This document shows positions 47,573 through 57,768 of a stretch of 64,000 nucleotides of DNA, in pieces. Under the pieces are notes generated by a model. It saw only the letters and a program-made list of their open reading frames with translations. It did not search any database and was not told the origin of the DNA. Position 1 is the first letter of the stretch; each line of letters opens with the position of its first letter. Origin of the DNA: an uncultured bacterium (GTDB lineage Bacteria; Krumholzibacteriota; Krumholzibacteriia; LZORAL124-64-63); assembly GCA_937864225.1 (NCBI GenBank), contig CALMJK010000016.1, positions 34,030 through 98,029 of the forward strand, read 5' to 3'. A program made the translations under genes and the position numbers.

Positions 47573-48286
47573 ATGCGCAGCCGGGCTCCGCAGTTGCTCG
47601 TCGCCGCCGTCGGGATTCTCCTCGTGCTGACGGCCTTCGTGCCGCGTCCGGCGCCGGGAGCGGGCAATGCCTGGCAGGGCTTCTTTGCCTACATCGACGA
47701 GAATTTCTCGGTCTGGTTCAACATCATGGCGGTGTTCGCCTTCGGGCTGGGCGCCGCCAGCTTGTTGGGGGTGCATGGAGGGCGCGTGCGGCGGCGAGGG
47801 CGCGATTGGCCCTATTCGCTGGCCACGTTGCTGGCTTTCGGCGTGACGCTGCTGGTCGGGCTCCTCAAGCTGGGCGGGCCGCCGGGGCTGACGGGCGACC
47901 CGGCCGACTCCGCGTCGATTCTCGGACGCATCTTCGCGGCGGTGGTCAGCCCCCTGCAGGCCAGCATGTTCGCCTTGCTCGCGTTCTTCGTCGCCTCGGC
48001 GTCCTATCGGGCCTTTCGCGTGCGCACGCGGGAGGCCTCGGCGCTGCTGGCCGCCGCCCTGGTCATCCTCATCGGACGCACGCCCTTCGGTTCCGCCCTC
48101 ACGCAGTGGTTGCCGGAGCCGCTGGCGTTCCTGCGCCTGGAACGGCTGTCGCTGTGGATCGTGCAGGTGCCCAACCTGGCGGGACAGCGAGCGATCATGA
48201 TCGGCATCGCGTTGGGCGTGGTGGCCATGTCCCTGCGCCTGATCCTCGGCCTAGAGCGGGGCGTGCTGGGGAAGGAAAGGCCGTGA
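47573..48286 (+). CDS. Integral membrane protein (about 6 TM helices)
   Basis: Hydrophobic segments recur throughout the protein. The start lies 1 nt after the upstream stop. Confidence 0.45.
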   Translation: MRSRAPQLLVAAVGILLVLTAFVPRPAPGAGNAWQGFFAYIDENFSVWFNIMAVFAFGLGAASLLGVHGGRVRRRGRDWPYSLATLLAFGVTLLVGLLKLGGPPGLTGDPADSASILGRIFAAVVSPLQASMFALLAFFVASASYRAFRVRTREASALLAAALVILIGRTPFGSALTQWLPEPLAFLRLERLSLWIVQVPNLAGQRAIMIGIALGVVAMSLRLILGLERGVLGKERP

Positions 48287-49170
48287 CCGGGACGGAACAC
48301 ACGGCCGGCTCCTCGCGGCGAGCAACGGGTCTGGCCACTCTGGACCGGCGCTGGATCTATCTGGCGTTGGCGGCCGCGATCGCGCTTTCCATCGTGGCTC
48401 GCATCCGCTTCCCCGACACGCCGTCCCCTCTGGTCCAGGCGGCCTACGACCGGGTGGAGACGCTGCCGCCGGGCGCGTCGATCGTCATGGCGCTCGACTA
48501 TTCCCCCAGCTCGCGCCCCGAACTCGAGCCGATGGCCTTTGCCATCGCGCGACACGCGATGCTGCGCGGGCACCGCTTGATCCTGCTCTCCACCTGGGAC
48601 ACGGGCAACGCGATGATCGCGCGCCTGTGCACGGAGGTGTTGCGCCGCGAATTTCCGGAGCGCCGCGAGGGCGAAGCATGGGTGGCGTTGGGTTACAAGT
48701 CCGGAAACGAGATGCTGATCAACGCCATCCGGCAGGATTTCGACTCGATGTACGCGAGCGACATGGAAGGCCGTTCTTGCGCGGATCTCGCGGTCCTGGC
48801 GGGCGTGGAAAGCCTGGCAGACTGCACACTGATCGTCTCGCTGTCGAGCGGCACGCCGGGCTTGAAGGAGTGGGTGCTGTTCGCGGGTGACGTGACGGGC
48901 GTGCCGGTGGTCGGCGGCAGCACGGGCGTCGGCACGCCGGAGTTCCTGCCGTACTTCCCGCGGCAGATCCGCGGCTTGCTGGGCGGGCTCAAGGGGGCCG
49001 CGGAATACGAGGCCGCGCTGGAGCTGGGCCATCCGGATTTCCACCAGCGCACGATGGCCGCGACCGACGGCATGGGTCCGCAAGCCGTTGCGCACAGCCT
49101 GATCGTCCTGTTCATCGTGCTGGGCAACGTCGGGCTGTTGTTGCAGCGACGGCAGAGGCGGGGGACATGA
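48283..49170 (+). CDS. Membrane protein with N- and C-terminal TM anchors and central soluble domain
   Basis: GTG 48283 overlaps the upstream stop (GTGA). TM helices sit at both ends. Confidence 0.45.
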   Translation: MTGTEHTAGSSRRATGLATLDRRWIYLALAAAIALSIVARIRFPDTPSPLVQAAYDRVETLPPGASIVMALDYSPSSRPELEPMAFAIARHAMLRGHRLILLSTWDTGNAMIARLCTEVLRREFPERREGEAWVALGYKSGNEMLINAIRQDFDSMYASDMEGRSCADLAVLAGVESLADCTLIVSLSSGTPGLKEWVLFAGDVTGVPVVGGSTGVGTPEFLPYFPRQIRGLLGGLKGAAEYEAALELGHPDFHQRTMAATDGMGPQAVAHSLIVLFIVLGNVGLLLQRRQRRGT

Positions 49171-49859
49171 GCGGGGGCCTGCACTTGAGCAGTTCGGTCG
49201 AAGTGTGGGTCGGGGCCGCTCTGACGCTGATGGTGTTCAGCTATCTCTGGCGCGACAACCCCTTCTACAAGCTGGCTGAACATGTGTTCGTGGGCGTGTC
49301 CGCGGCCTATGTCATGGTGCTTGGCTTTTGGACCACGCTGTGGCCGAATGCGATCGCGAAGCTGTGGCCCGGCGCCGCGCGCCTGACGACGCCCGAGGCC
49401 GTCGAGCCGACCCACGACTGGGCGCTCTTGCTGCCCGTGATTCTCGGCTTGCTGATGCTGGGTCGCCTGCACCCGCGCACGGTCTGGCTGAGTCGCTGGC
49501 CGACGGCCTTCGCGATCGGCACCAGCGCGGGATACAATCTCGTCCGCTACCTGCGCTCCGATTTCCTGGCGCAGATCCACTCGGGGATGACGCCCAGCTT
49601 GATCGCCACGACCGGGGGGCGCCTGGCGCTCGGGGAAAGCCTCTCGCACGCGATTCTGCTCGGGGGGACGATCTGCGGGATCGTCTATTTCACGTACACG
49701 CGCCAGCACCGCGGGGCTTGGGCCCGGGTCGCCGGCACGGGCGTCCTTTTCATGATGGTCACCTTCGGGACGACCTTCGGCTACACCGTCATGGCGCGGA
49801 TTTCCTTGCTGGTGAGTCGGCTGCACTTCTTGCTGGGCACCTGGCTCGGCCTGATCTAG
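49167..49859 (+). CDS. Integral membrane protein (about 6 TM helices)
   Basis: ATG 49167 overlaps the upstream stop (ATGA). The protein is multi-TM. Confidence 0.45.
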   Translation: MSGGLHLSSSVEVWVGAALTLMVFSYLWRDNPFYKLAEHVFVGVSAAYVMVLGFWTTLWPNAIAKLWPGAARLTTPEAVEPTHDWALLLPVILGLLMLGRLHPRTVWLSRWPTAFAIGTSAGYNLVRYLRSDFLAQIHSGMTPSLIATTGGRLALGESLSHAILLGGTICGIVYFTYTRQHRGAWARVAGTGVLFMMVTFGTTFGYTVMARISLLVSRLHFLLGTWLGLI

Positions 49860-49919
49860 GCGGAGGGGACGCGGCGCGCCTGCAGGCTACAGATCCGCAG
49901 CCGTCTGCCGAAGATAAAG

Positions 49920-49949
49920 TTGACGGTTCGGCTCCCCGAACCCTAGACT
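49920..49949 (+). promoter_or_regulatory. Candidate promoter TTGACG-18-TAGACT with 16-bp palindrome GTTCGGctccCCGAAC in the spacer
   Basis: The sequence was read directly. It lies about 40 nt upstream of the TPR gene, and the palindrome may be an operator. Confidence 0.4.
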
Positions 49950-49986
49950 CGCCGGGCCGGCAGGGCGACCTGCCGACGGGGGGAAG

Positions 49987-50862
49987 GTGCGCATGCAGGA
50001 GAGTTCCGCCAGCTTAGCGCGTCAAATCGAGTTCTATCAGCGCAAATACGAGCTCAGCCCCCACTCGCGGGCGTTCGCCCCGCTCGCCGATCTGTACCGC
50101 AAGGCGGGGCGCCTCGATGAGGCGATCGAAGTGCTGGCCGGAGGGCTGTCGGAGCACCCACGCTACGTTTCCGCGCTTGTGATCCTGGCGCGTTGCCACC
50201 TGGACGCGGGACGGGCCGTGGAGGCGGGCTCGGCCTTTGGCAGGGTGTTGGAATTGGATCCCGACAATCTCGTGGCGCTCAAGCAACTGGCCGAACTGGC
50301 CGAGGTCGCCGGGGATCGCCAGCAGGCCGCGGCTTTCCTGGAACGCGTGATCGTGCTGGACCCGACGGACGAGCAGGCGACGGAGCGGCTGGAGGATCTG
50401 CGTCGTCCGGGCGGGGCGGTCGCGGCGGAAGAACAAGCGGGCGCGTCGGATGCGAGTCGCGCCGGGCCGAAGGGCGCGGTCGAGACGGCCGGCGCGATGG
50501 CCCACGCCCCCGGCGCCGGGACGGGGACGGCGGCGATGGGCGGCCAGGCTCCGGCCGGGCCGGACGCGCAGCGGGGCGAACGCCAGTCCTTCGCGACGCG
50601 GACGCTGGCGGAGGTCTATCTCGCGCAGGGCTACCGGGACAAGGCGGTGGCGGTCCTGCGGCAGATCCTGGCCCGACATCCCGAACGAAGCGACGTGGCG
50701 GCCAAGATCGCCGAGATCGAGAATCTACCCGCCGAGTCCATCGCGTCGCTCTCGTCGGCGGAACCTGCGGCGGTCCCGACGGCGCCCGGAGTTGGCCCGC
50801 CCAGCCGCGAGCACTTCGACGCTTGGCTGAAGCGAATCACGAAGCCGGAAGAGCGCTCTTGA
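49987..50862 (+). CDS. TPR-repeat protein
   Basis: TPR-like helices are present (YRKAGRLDEAIEVL…, LAEVYLAQGYRDKAVAVLRQIL). Confidence 0.6.
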   Translation: MRMQESSASLARQIEFYQRKYELSPHSRAFAPLADLYRKAGRLDEAIEVLAGGLSEHPRYVSALVILARCHLDAGRAVEAGSAFGRVLELDPDNLVALKQLAELAEVAGDRQQAAAFLERVIVLDPTDEQATERLEDLRRPGGAVAAEEQAGASDASRAGPKGAVETAGAMAHAPGAGTGTAAMGGQAPAGPDAQRGERQSFATRTLAEVYLAQGYRDKAVAVLRQILARHPERSDVAAKIAEIENLPAESIASLSSAEPAAVPTAPGVGPPSREHFDAWLKRITKPEERS

Positions 50863-51311
50863 CGCCCGTTCGCTCCGTGGCCGTGCTCAATGGCCCCAAC
50901 CTCGACCGCTTGGGGGCGCGGCAGCCCGCGCTGTACGGCGACATGCCCTGGCCCGAACTCGTGGCGCTGGTGCAGGAGTGGGCGCGCGAGTTGGGTCTGT
51001 CGGCGGCCGTGAGTCAGGCGGCCGGGGAAGGCGAGTTGGTCCAACTGGTGCACGCCGCCGGGCGTGACTGCGCCGGGATCGTCCTGAACGCCGGCGCCTA
51101 CACGCACACTTCGGTCGCGTTGCGCGACGCCGTGCTGTCGGTCGCCGTTCCCATCGTGGAGATTCACCTGACCAACCCGGCCCGGCGCGAGGCGTTTCGG
51201 CACGTGAGCCATCTATCCGACGTGGTGACCGGCACCGTTCAGGGTTTCGGCGCCGTCGGGTACCGTTTGGCCCTGGTCGGCCTGGCGGACCTGCTGGCTC
51301 GGCGCAAATAG
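50862..51311 (+). CDS. aroQ: 3-dehydroquinate dehydratase, type II
   Basis: The LNGPNLDRLGARQPALYG motif and downstream conserved His and Arg residues identify the enzyme. The start codon is uncertain (TTG or GTG). Confidence 0.8.
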   Translation, partial: TPVRSVAVLNGPNLDRLGARQPALYGDMPWPELVALVQEWARELGLSAAVSQAAGEGELVQLVHAAGRDCAGIVLNAGAYTHTSVALRDAVLSVAVPIVEIHLTNPARREAFRHVSHLSDVVTGTVQGFGAVGYRLALVGLADLLARRK

Positions 51312-51347
51312 AGTGCTGAAAAGCGATTGGATCGCGGCACGCGGCCA

Positions 51348-51376
51348 TTGCCAAGGCAGTTCCCCGGTGCTATCAA
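51348..51376 (+). promoter_or_regulatory. Candidate promoter TTGCCA-17-TATCAA upstream of efp
   Basis: The hexamers were read directly in the intergenic region. Confidence 0.35.
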
Positions 51377-51435
51377 TGGGGCGCGCGCGGCAGCCGGCCG
51401 CGCCCGATCGGCGCGCGAGAAAGCGAGGCTTTTTC

Positions 51436-51993
51436 TTGGCTTCCACCAGTGATTTTCGCAACGGCATGGTGATCCGCTTCCGCGAGGGGCTGTGGAGCAT
51501 CGTGGAATTCCAGCACGTCAAGCCGGGCAAGGGCGGCGCCTTCGTCCGCACCAAGCTGAAGAACGTCGAGTCCGGTCGGGTCGTCGAGGAAACATTCCGG
51601 GCAGGGGAGAGGGTGGAGGACATCCGCCTGGAGCGGCGCGATTTCCAGTACCTTTACCGCGAGGGCTCTTTCTTCACGTTCATGAACTTGGAAACGTACG
51701 AGCAGATCCACATCGCCCAGGAGCAATTGGGCGACGTGCCGCTGTACCTCAAGGAGGGGGAAAAGGTCATTCTGGTTCTGCACGACGAGCGATCGCTCGC
51801 GGTCGAACCCCCTTACACCGTCGAATTGAGAGTGGACAAGACGGATCCCGGCCTGCGCGGCGACACCGCGCAGGGCGGCACCAAACCGGCCACGATGGAG
51901 ACCGGTCTCGTGATTCAGGTGCCGCTGTTCATCGAGGAAGGGGAGGTGCTGAAGGTCGACACGCGCACCGGCAAGTACATCAGCCGTGTTTGA
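51436..51993 (+). CDS. efp: Elongation factor P
   Basis: The tip loop [15 protein letters not shown] carries the conserved Lys, and the three KOW/OB-domain layout is present. The start is a TTG, giving [15 protein letters not shown]. Confidence 0.9.
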   Translation: MASTSDFRNGMVIRFREGLWSIVEFQHVKPGKGGAFVRTKLKNVESGRVVEETFRAGERVEDIRLERRDFQYLYREGSFFTFMNLETYEQIHIAQEQLGDVPLYLKEGEKVILVLHDERSLAVEPPYTVELRVDKTDPGLRGDTAQGGTKPATMETGLVIQVPLFIEEGEVLKVDTRTGKYISRV

Positions 51994-52021
51994 CGCGCGC
52001 CAGTCCCAAGGAAAGGATGCC

Positions 52022-52495
52022 ATGGAGATCGATAACGTGCGCCAGCTGGTGAAGCTCGTCGAGGAAAGCGGAATCGAGGAGCTGGAAATCAGCAGCGAGG
52101 GCACCACGATTCGCATCCAGAAGCAGCGTAGCTGCGACCGTTCGCCCGCGGCCGCCATGTTTTCCGCCGCCTATCCTTTCCCGGTCGCCCCGGTGGCGCC
52201 GGTGGGCGTGGCGCCTGCGGCGGTGTCCAGCGCGGTGACCGAGGAACGGGCCCGCTGGAAGGAATTCCGCTCGCCGATCGTGGGGACTTTCTACCGGGCG
52301 CCGGCGCCGGGCGCCGAGGCGTTCGTGAACGTCGGCGACCGCGTCGGGGCGGGGCAAACCCTGTGTATCATCGAAGCCATGAAGGTCATGAACGAGATCG
52401 AAGCGGAATTTCCGGGCGTCATCAGGGAGATCCTGGTCGAGAACGGCAGCCCGGTGGAGGCGGAGGCCATCCTCTTCCTCTTGGAGCCTGCCTGA
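52022..52495 (+). CDS. accB: Biotin carboxyl carrier protein of acetyl-CoA carboxylase
   Basis: The C-terminal biotinyl domain carries the [11 protein letters not shown] (AMKM) motif, and an Ala/Pro-rich linker precedes it. An AAGGAAAGG RBS lies upstream. Confidence 0.85.
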   Translation: MEIDNVRQLVKLVEESGIEELEISSEGTTIRIQKQRSCDRSPAAAMFSAAYPFPVAPVAPVGVAPAAVSSAVTEERARWKEFRSPIVGTFYRAPAPGAEAFVNVGDRVGAGQTLCIIEAMKVMNEIEAEFPGVIREILVENGSPVEAEAILFLLEPA

Positions 52496-52531
52496 GCGCG
52501 CCGAGCGCCGGCCAGGCCAGGTCAGTTCGCC

Positions 52532-52572
52532 GCCGCCCCGGCCCCCGCGGCCGGGGCGGCGCATTTTGTGTT
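52532..52572 (+). terminator. Rho-independent terminator after accB (12-bp perfect GC stem gccgccccggcc/ggccggggcggc, loop cccgc, followed by a T-rich tail gcattttgtgtt)
   Basis: The hairpin and T-tract were read directly from the sequence. Confidence 0.6.
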
Positions 52573-52681
52573 CCTCCCCGCTCAAGCCCCGCCCCGGCTT
52601 GGCCGATGATGAATGGGCCACTTGCCGGCCCGCCAGGGACGCGAACGCCGGCGGACACGTTCGTGAGGGAGAGGACCACCC

Positions 52682-53833
52682 ATGGAGATCAAGCCGATCC
52701 TGCAGGCGATGATCGAGCACAAGGCCAGCGACCTCCACCTGAAGGTCGGGGTCAAGCCCATTCTCAGGGTCAATGGCCGACTCGTGCCCGTCGAATTTCC
52801 GGCGCCGTCGCCCAAGGACATGATCCAGATCGCGCAACAGATCCTGACCCCGGCGCAACGGGAGATCTTCGAATCCACGCGCGAGATCGATTTCGCGTTC
52901 GGCGTGCCCGGCCTGGCGCGGTTTCGCGCCAATTTTTACGTGCAGCGAGGCACGATCGCGATGGTGTTCCGCCATGTCCCGGTGGAAATCCAGGACTTCG
53001 AGAGCTTGGGCCTGCCGTCGGTCGTGAAAGAGTTGGCAAGTTGCCGTCGCGGGCTGATCCTGGTCACCGGCACGGTGGGCAGCGGCAAGTCCACGACGCT
53101 CGCGGCGCTCGTGGACACGATCAACTCGAGCATGCCCTCCAACGTGATCACGATCGAGGATCCGATCGAGTTCCTGCACCGGGACAAGATGAGCCTGATC
53201 AATCAACGCGAGGTGGGCACGGACACGGGCTCCTTCGCGGAGGCGTTGCGGCACATCCTGCGCCAGGACCCCGACGTGATCCTGATCGGCGAAATCCGCG
53301 ACGCCGATTCGATGAAGGTGGCGCTCACCGCCGCCGACACCGGTCACCTGGTGCTGAGCACGCTGCACACGGTCGACGCGACGCAGACCATCAGCAGGAT
53401 CATCTCGTTCTTCCCGCCTCATCAGCATCAGGAAATCCGTTACCTGCTCGCGTCCACGCTGCAGGCCATCATCTCGCAGCGGCTCATCCCGGACATCGCG
53501 GGGGTTCGCCGCTATCCCGCCGTGGAGGTCATGATCAACACCAGCACGATCCGCGAGTACATCGAGGACCCGGAAAAGACGGTGTTGATCCGGCAGGCGA
53601 TCCAGGAGGGTTTCGTCCAGTACCAGATGCAGACGTTCGACCAGGCGTTGATGGCCATGTACAAGGAGAAACTGGTTTCCCTGGAAGAGGCGCTCAAGGC
53701 GAGCAGCAACGCGCACGAATTCGCGCTGCGGGTCAAGGGTATCCAGGCCAGTTCGGACGTCACCTGGGACCGCTTCGAGACGGAAAAGACGAACGAATCG
53801 ACACCGCCCGAGACTCAGTTCTCTCGCATCTGA
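52682..53833 (+). CDS. pilT: Type IV pilus retraction ATPase PilT (twitching motility)
   Basis: The translation carries Walker [11 protein letters not shown] and the Asp box, with His boxes (IGEIRD…LVLSTLHT), and full-length PilT/PilU conservation. GC content is visibly lower than in the neighbouring genes. Confidence 0.85.
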   Translation: MEIKPILQAMIEHKASDLHLKVGVKPILRVNGRLVPVEFPAPSPKDMIQIAQQILTPAQREIFESTREIDFAFGVPGLARFRANFYVQRGTIAMVFRHVPVEIQDFESLGLPSVVKELASCRRGLILVTGTVGSGKSTTLAALVDTINSSMPSNVITIEDPIEFLHRDKMSLINQREVGTDTGSFAEALRHILRQDPDVILIGEIRDADSMKVALTAADTGHLVLSTLHTVDATQTISRIISFFPPHQHQEIRYLLASTLQAIISQRLIPDIAGVRRYPAVEVMINTSTIREYIEDPEKTVLIRQAIQEGFVQYQMQTFDQALMAMYKEKLVSLEEALKASSNAHEFALRVKGIQASSDVTWDRFETEKTNESTPPETQFSRI

Positions 53834-53846
53834 TCTGAGCCCGGCC

Positions 53847-53881
53847 GGGGCGCGGGGCCGGCGGAGCCGGCCCCGCGCCCC
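53847..53881 (+). terminator. Perfect 15-bp GC hairpin (ggggcgcggggccgg-cggag-ccggccccgcgcccc) immediately after pilT, no U-tract
   Basis: The palindrome was read directly. It is a likely intrinsic-terminator-like structure of the kind seen in high-GC genomes. Confidence 0.45.
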
Positions 53882-54014
53882 GACGGCGGGCGATTCCGGC
53901 TTGCCATTCCCCGGCACCAGGGCGACAATAGCCGCCGCGATGAAACGCTCCACGGGCGAGCACGTTGCCGTGCGCGCGGCCGGGCGGGGGCGCGTTCAAG
54001 ACGGAGTGTCCCGC

Positions 54015-55397
54015 ATGTTCAAGAAGGTCCTGGTCGCCAACCGCGGGGAGATCGCCCTGCGGGTCATGCGCGCCTGCCGCGAACTCGGCTGCGAATGCGT
54101 CGCCATCCACTCCAGCGCCGACGCGGAATCCCTGCACGTCAAGTACGCGGACGAATCGGTGTGCGTGGGCCGCAAGCTCAGCAGTGAAAGCTACCTGAAC
54201 GTGCCCAACATCATCGCGGCCGCCGAGATCACCGGCGCCGAGGCGGTGCATCCCGGCTACGGATTCCTGGCGGAAAACGCCCAGTTCGCGGAGATCGTGA
54301 CGGAGAGCCGCTTCGTGTGGATCGGCCCGACGGCCGAGACGATCCGCAAGATGGGGGACAAGGCGGCGGCCAGGCGCACCGCGCAGAAAGCCAAGGTGCC
54401 GGTCATTCCCGGCACGCCGCTGCTGCCGGGGGTCGAGGACGCGGTGGCGGCGGCCGCTCGTCTGGGCTACCCCGTGATCATCAAGGCCACGGCCGGGGGC
54501 GGCGGCAAGGGGATGCGTGTCGCCCGCTCGGCGGAGGATCTGCGCCAGTGCTTCGTCACGGCGCGCGCCGAGGCGGGCGCGTCGTTCGGCAACGATGGCG
54601 TCTATCTCGAAAAGTACCTTGAGAACCCGCGGCACGTGGAGATCCAGATTCTGGCGGATCACCACGGGCACGTGTTGCACCTGGGCGAGCGCGATTGTTC
54701 GGTGCAGCGGCGGCACCAGAAGCTGATCGAAGAAGCGCCTTGTCCCGCGCTGTCGGCTCGGCAGCGGCAGAAGATGGGAGAGGCGGCGGTCCGTCTGGCC
54801 GCCGCCGTGGGCTATCGCTCGGCCGGCACCATCGAGTTCCTGCTCGACGCGGACGGGTCGTTCTATTTCATGGAGATGAACACCCGGATCCAGGTCGAAC
54901 ACCCGGTCACGGAACTCGTGACGGGGATCGACATCGTCAAGTGGCAGTTGCGGATCGCGGCCGGGGAGCCGCTGGATTTCGAGCAAAAGGACGTGCGGAT
55001 CACGGGACATGCCATCGAGTGCCGTATCAACGCCGAGAATCCGCAGCGGGATTTTCTGCCCTGCCCGGGGCGGATCTTCTTCTTCCACGCGCCGGGCGGG
55101 CCGGGCGTTAGGATCGACAGCCACATCTATTCCGAGTACCAGGTGCCTCCCCATTACGACTCGTTGCTGGCGAAGATCATCGTGCACGGGAAGGACCGTC
55201 CCGAGGCCATCGCCCGCATGAGACGCGCTTTGGATGAGTGCGTGATCGAGGGCATTCCCACCTCCATACCCTTCCACATCGAAGTGCTGGGCAACCAGAC
55301 TTTCGTCGCGGGGCGCGCGACAACCCGCTTCCTCGAGACGGAACTCGAGGGGCTCCGGGAGGGCATCCGTGTCCGCACGCAAAACGGCGAGACGTGA
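54015..55397 (+). CDS. accC: Acetyl-CoA carboxylase biotin carboxylase subunit
   Basis: The N-terminus [16 protein letters not shown] matches AccC, the ATP-grasp motifs are present, and the length is about 460 aa. Confidence 0.95.
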   Translation: MFKKVLVANRGEIALRVMRACRELGCECVAIHSSADAESLHVKYADESVCVGRKLSSESYLNVPNIIAAAEITGAEAVHPGYGFLAENAQFAEIVTESRFVWIGPTAETIRKMGDKAAARRTAQKAKVPVIPGTPLLPGVEDAVAAAARLGYPVIIKATAGGGGKGMRVARSAEDLRQCFVTARAEAGASFGNDGVYLEKYLENPRHVEIQILADHHGHVLHLGERDCSVQRRHQKLIEEAPCPALSARQRQKMGEAAVRLAAAVGYRSAGTIEFLLDADGSFYFMEMNTRIQVEHPVTELVTGIDIVKWQLRIAAGEPLDFEQKDVRITGHAIECRINAENPQRDFLPCPGRIFFFHAPGGPGVRIDSHIYSEYQVPPHYDSLLAKIIVHGKDRPEAIARMRRALDECVIEGIPTSIPFHIEVLGNQTFVAGRATTRFLETELEGLREGIRVRTQNGET

Positions 55398-57768
55398 GCG
55401 CAACGGGTTGACGGGCTGGTGGGCCGCGCTGCGGCTGGGCGGCCTGTTGCTGACCGCGCTGTCGCTCTACCTGGCGCTGTGCCTGACGGGCCCAGCGGCC
55501 GATTGGCTCGATTGGTATCGGTTCGGCGAGCCGCCGAGTCTGCGCACGAGCGGGCACCCGGGCGGGCCCGTGGGGGCGGGGCTGGCCTTTCTGGCGCGCG
55601 CGGTCCTCGGCGTGCCGTGGGCCGGTGGCCTGGCTCTGCTGCTGCTCGTCGGTGGGCTGTGGCATCTGGGCACCGGTCGTCCCCTGCTGGGCCGCCTGCT
55701 GCGGCGCTGGGCGCCGCTGTGGCTGTTCTCCACCGCTTGGCTGGCTCAACCGGCCTGGATCCTGGACGAGGCGCTGGGCGCGCGTTGCGGAGGCGTGCCC
55801 GGCTGGTTGGTGGCCAGGGGCTTTTGCGCCCTGTTCGGGGTGGGCGGGGCGCGGATCTTTCTGACCGTCCTCTTGCTCACGGCCCTGGGTTGGGCGCTGT
55901 GGCCCGCTTGGCAGCCGCTGGCCGAGCGTCTGGGCGGCGCGCTGGGCGCGGGCCTGGCGCTCGCCGGCCGCTGGCTGCTGCGGCTGCCGGGTACTGCGGC
56001 GCACGGCCTGGCCGGCCTGACCAAGGCCGCCTGGCGGGGCGCGCGGGGCGCGCCGGGACACGAGGGCGCCCGGGGCGGCGAGGCAGCCGCGGCGGTCGAC
56101 CGAGGCGGGCGCAGGCGTGTGCACTTGCCGTCTTCGCCGGCCGAGGCGCTGGCGACGCCGACGGCAGCGCAGGACGTGGCGGCAAGCTCGGTGGCGCCGG
56201 CGTCGGCCGGACGTCGCGGGGCGCGGCAGACCGTGGCGGCGGCGCCGGCGGACGCCGAGGAGGCCGCGGCGTGGTTGGAGCTCGAGTCACGGACGGCGCC
56301 GAGCGGCGCCGGCGCGCCGCTGCCGGAGCTGTCGCTTCTGTCGGATCCGCCCGCCGACGGTTCGCGCCTGGAACCGGGGCTATTGGACTCCGCGGCCGAC
56401 CTGCTGGAGGCAACGTTGCGCTCCTTCGGCGTCGAGGGGGAGGTCAAGGATGTGCGGCCCGGTCCGGTCGTCACCACGTTCGAGTACCAGCCGGCCTCCG
56501 GGATCAAGGTCGCGCAGATCGTGCAGCGGGCCGACGATCTCGCCCTGGCCATGCGCGCGCGTTCGATCCGCATGGAGGCTCCCATCCCCGGCAAGGCGGC
56601 GGTGGGGATCGAAATTCCCAATCCGACGGCGCGCATGGTGCACCTGAAAGAGGTGCTGCAGGGGGCTGGCGAGCGCTTGCAGTTGCCGCTGGCGGTCACG
56701 TTGGGCAAGGACGTCGTGGGGCAGCCGGTCGTCATCGATTTGGGCGCCCAGCCGCACCTGCTGGTCGCCGGTTCGACGGGCAGCGGCAAGAGCGTCTGCC
56801 TGAACAGCATCATCACGACGCTGCTCTTGCGGAACGATCCGTCGCGCGTGCGGCTGATTCTGATCGATCCCAAGATGCTGGAAATGAACGTCTACAACGG
56901 CATCCCCCACCTGCTGTTGCCGGTGGTGACGGATCCCAAGGAGGCTCTGCGCGCGCTGAAGTGGATGGAAGCGCAGATGGACCACCGTTATCGCCGACTC
57001 GCGCGGCACAACGTGCGCAACATCGAGCAGTACAACGCGCGCGTCGCGCGCGGCGAAATCGTCAGCGAGGAAGGCGAGACGGTCAGCGAGCCCATGCCCT
57101 ACTATCTGACGATCGTGGATGAACTGGCGGATCTGATGATGCAGCTAGGCCAGGACTTCGAGTTGCCGATCACGCGGCTGGCGCAGAAGGCCCGCGCGGT
57201 CGGGATCCATCTCATCTTGGCCACGCAGCGTCCGTCCGTGAACGTGTTGACCGGGGTGATCAAGGCGAACATCCCGTGCCGGATCGCCTTCCGCGTCATC
57301 CAGAAGAACGATTCGCGCACGATTCTCGACATGAACGGCGCGGAGCGTCTGTTGGGGCACGGCGACATGCTGTATTTGCAGCCTGGCCGCGCACTGCCGG
57401 TGCGAGTTCATGGCGCCTACGTGGGGCTGGAGGAATGCGAGGCCGTCGTCGCGCATTGGCGGCGCTACGCCGACCTGACGCGGCCCGTCTCGCTGGCGGA
57501 GGAGAAGGGCGGCGGCGGCGAAGTCGTCGGCGAGGATGATCTCTTTGAGGCGGCGAAGCGGATTGTCGTGTTGCACCAGAGCGGCTCCACGTCCTTGCTG
57601 CAGAGGCGGCTGCGCATCGGATACACACGGGCGGGTCGCCTGATGGACATGCTCGAGCAGGCGGGCGTCGTGGGTCCGTTCACCGGCAGCAAGGCGCGCG
57701 ACGTGCTGCTCAGACCCGAGGAATTGGACGCCTCCGCGGGCTTGATCGAGCTGCAGGAGGAGGAGTGA
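55369..57768 (+). CDS. ftsK: DNA translocase FtsK/SpoIIIE
   Basis: The protein has N-terminal TM helices and a motor domain with Walker A GSTGSGKS. The C-terminal winged-helix gamma domain is present ([21 protein letters not shown]). The start is ambiguous (GTG 55369 overlapping accC, or a downstream TTG). Confidence 0.9.
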   Translation: MSARKTARRERNGLTGWWAALRLGGLLLTALSLYLALCLTGPAADWLDWYRFGEPPSLRTSGHPGGPVGAGLAFLARAVLGVPWAGGLALLLLVGGLWHLGTGRPLLGRLLRRWAPLWLFSTAWLAQPAWILDEALGARCGGVPGWLVARGFCALFGVGGARIFLTVLLLTALGWALWPAWQPLAERLGGALGAGLALAGRWLLRLPGTAAHGLAGLTKAAWRGARGAPGHEGARGGEAAAAVDRGGRRRVHLPSSPAEALATPTAAQDVAASSVAPASAGRRGARQTVAAAPADAEEAAAWLELESRTAPSGAGAPLPELSLLSDPPADGSRLEPGLLDSAADLLEATLRSFGVEGEVKDVRPGPVVTTFEYQPASGIKVAQIVQRADDLALAMRARSIRMEAPIPGKAAVGIEIPNPTARMVHLKEVLQGAGERLQLPLAVTLGKDVVGQPVVIDLGAQPHLLVAGSTGSGKSVCLNSIITTLLLRNDPSRVRLILIDPKMLEMNVYNGIPHLLLPVVTDPKEALRALKWMEAQMDHRYRRLARHNVRNIEQYNARVARGEIVSEEGETVSEPMPYYLTIVDELADLMMQLGQDFELPITRLAQKARAVGIHLILATQRPSVNVLTGVIKANIPCRIAFRVIQKNDSRTILDMNGAERLLGHGDMLYLQPGRALPVRVHGAYVGLEECEAVVAHWRRYADLTRPVSLAEEKGGGGEVVGEDDLFEAAKRIVVLHQSGSTSLLQRRLRIGYTRAGRLMDMLEQAGVVGPFTGSKARDVLLRPEELDASAGLIELQEEE

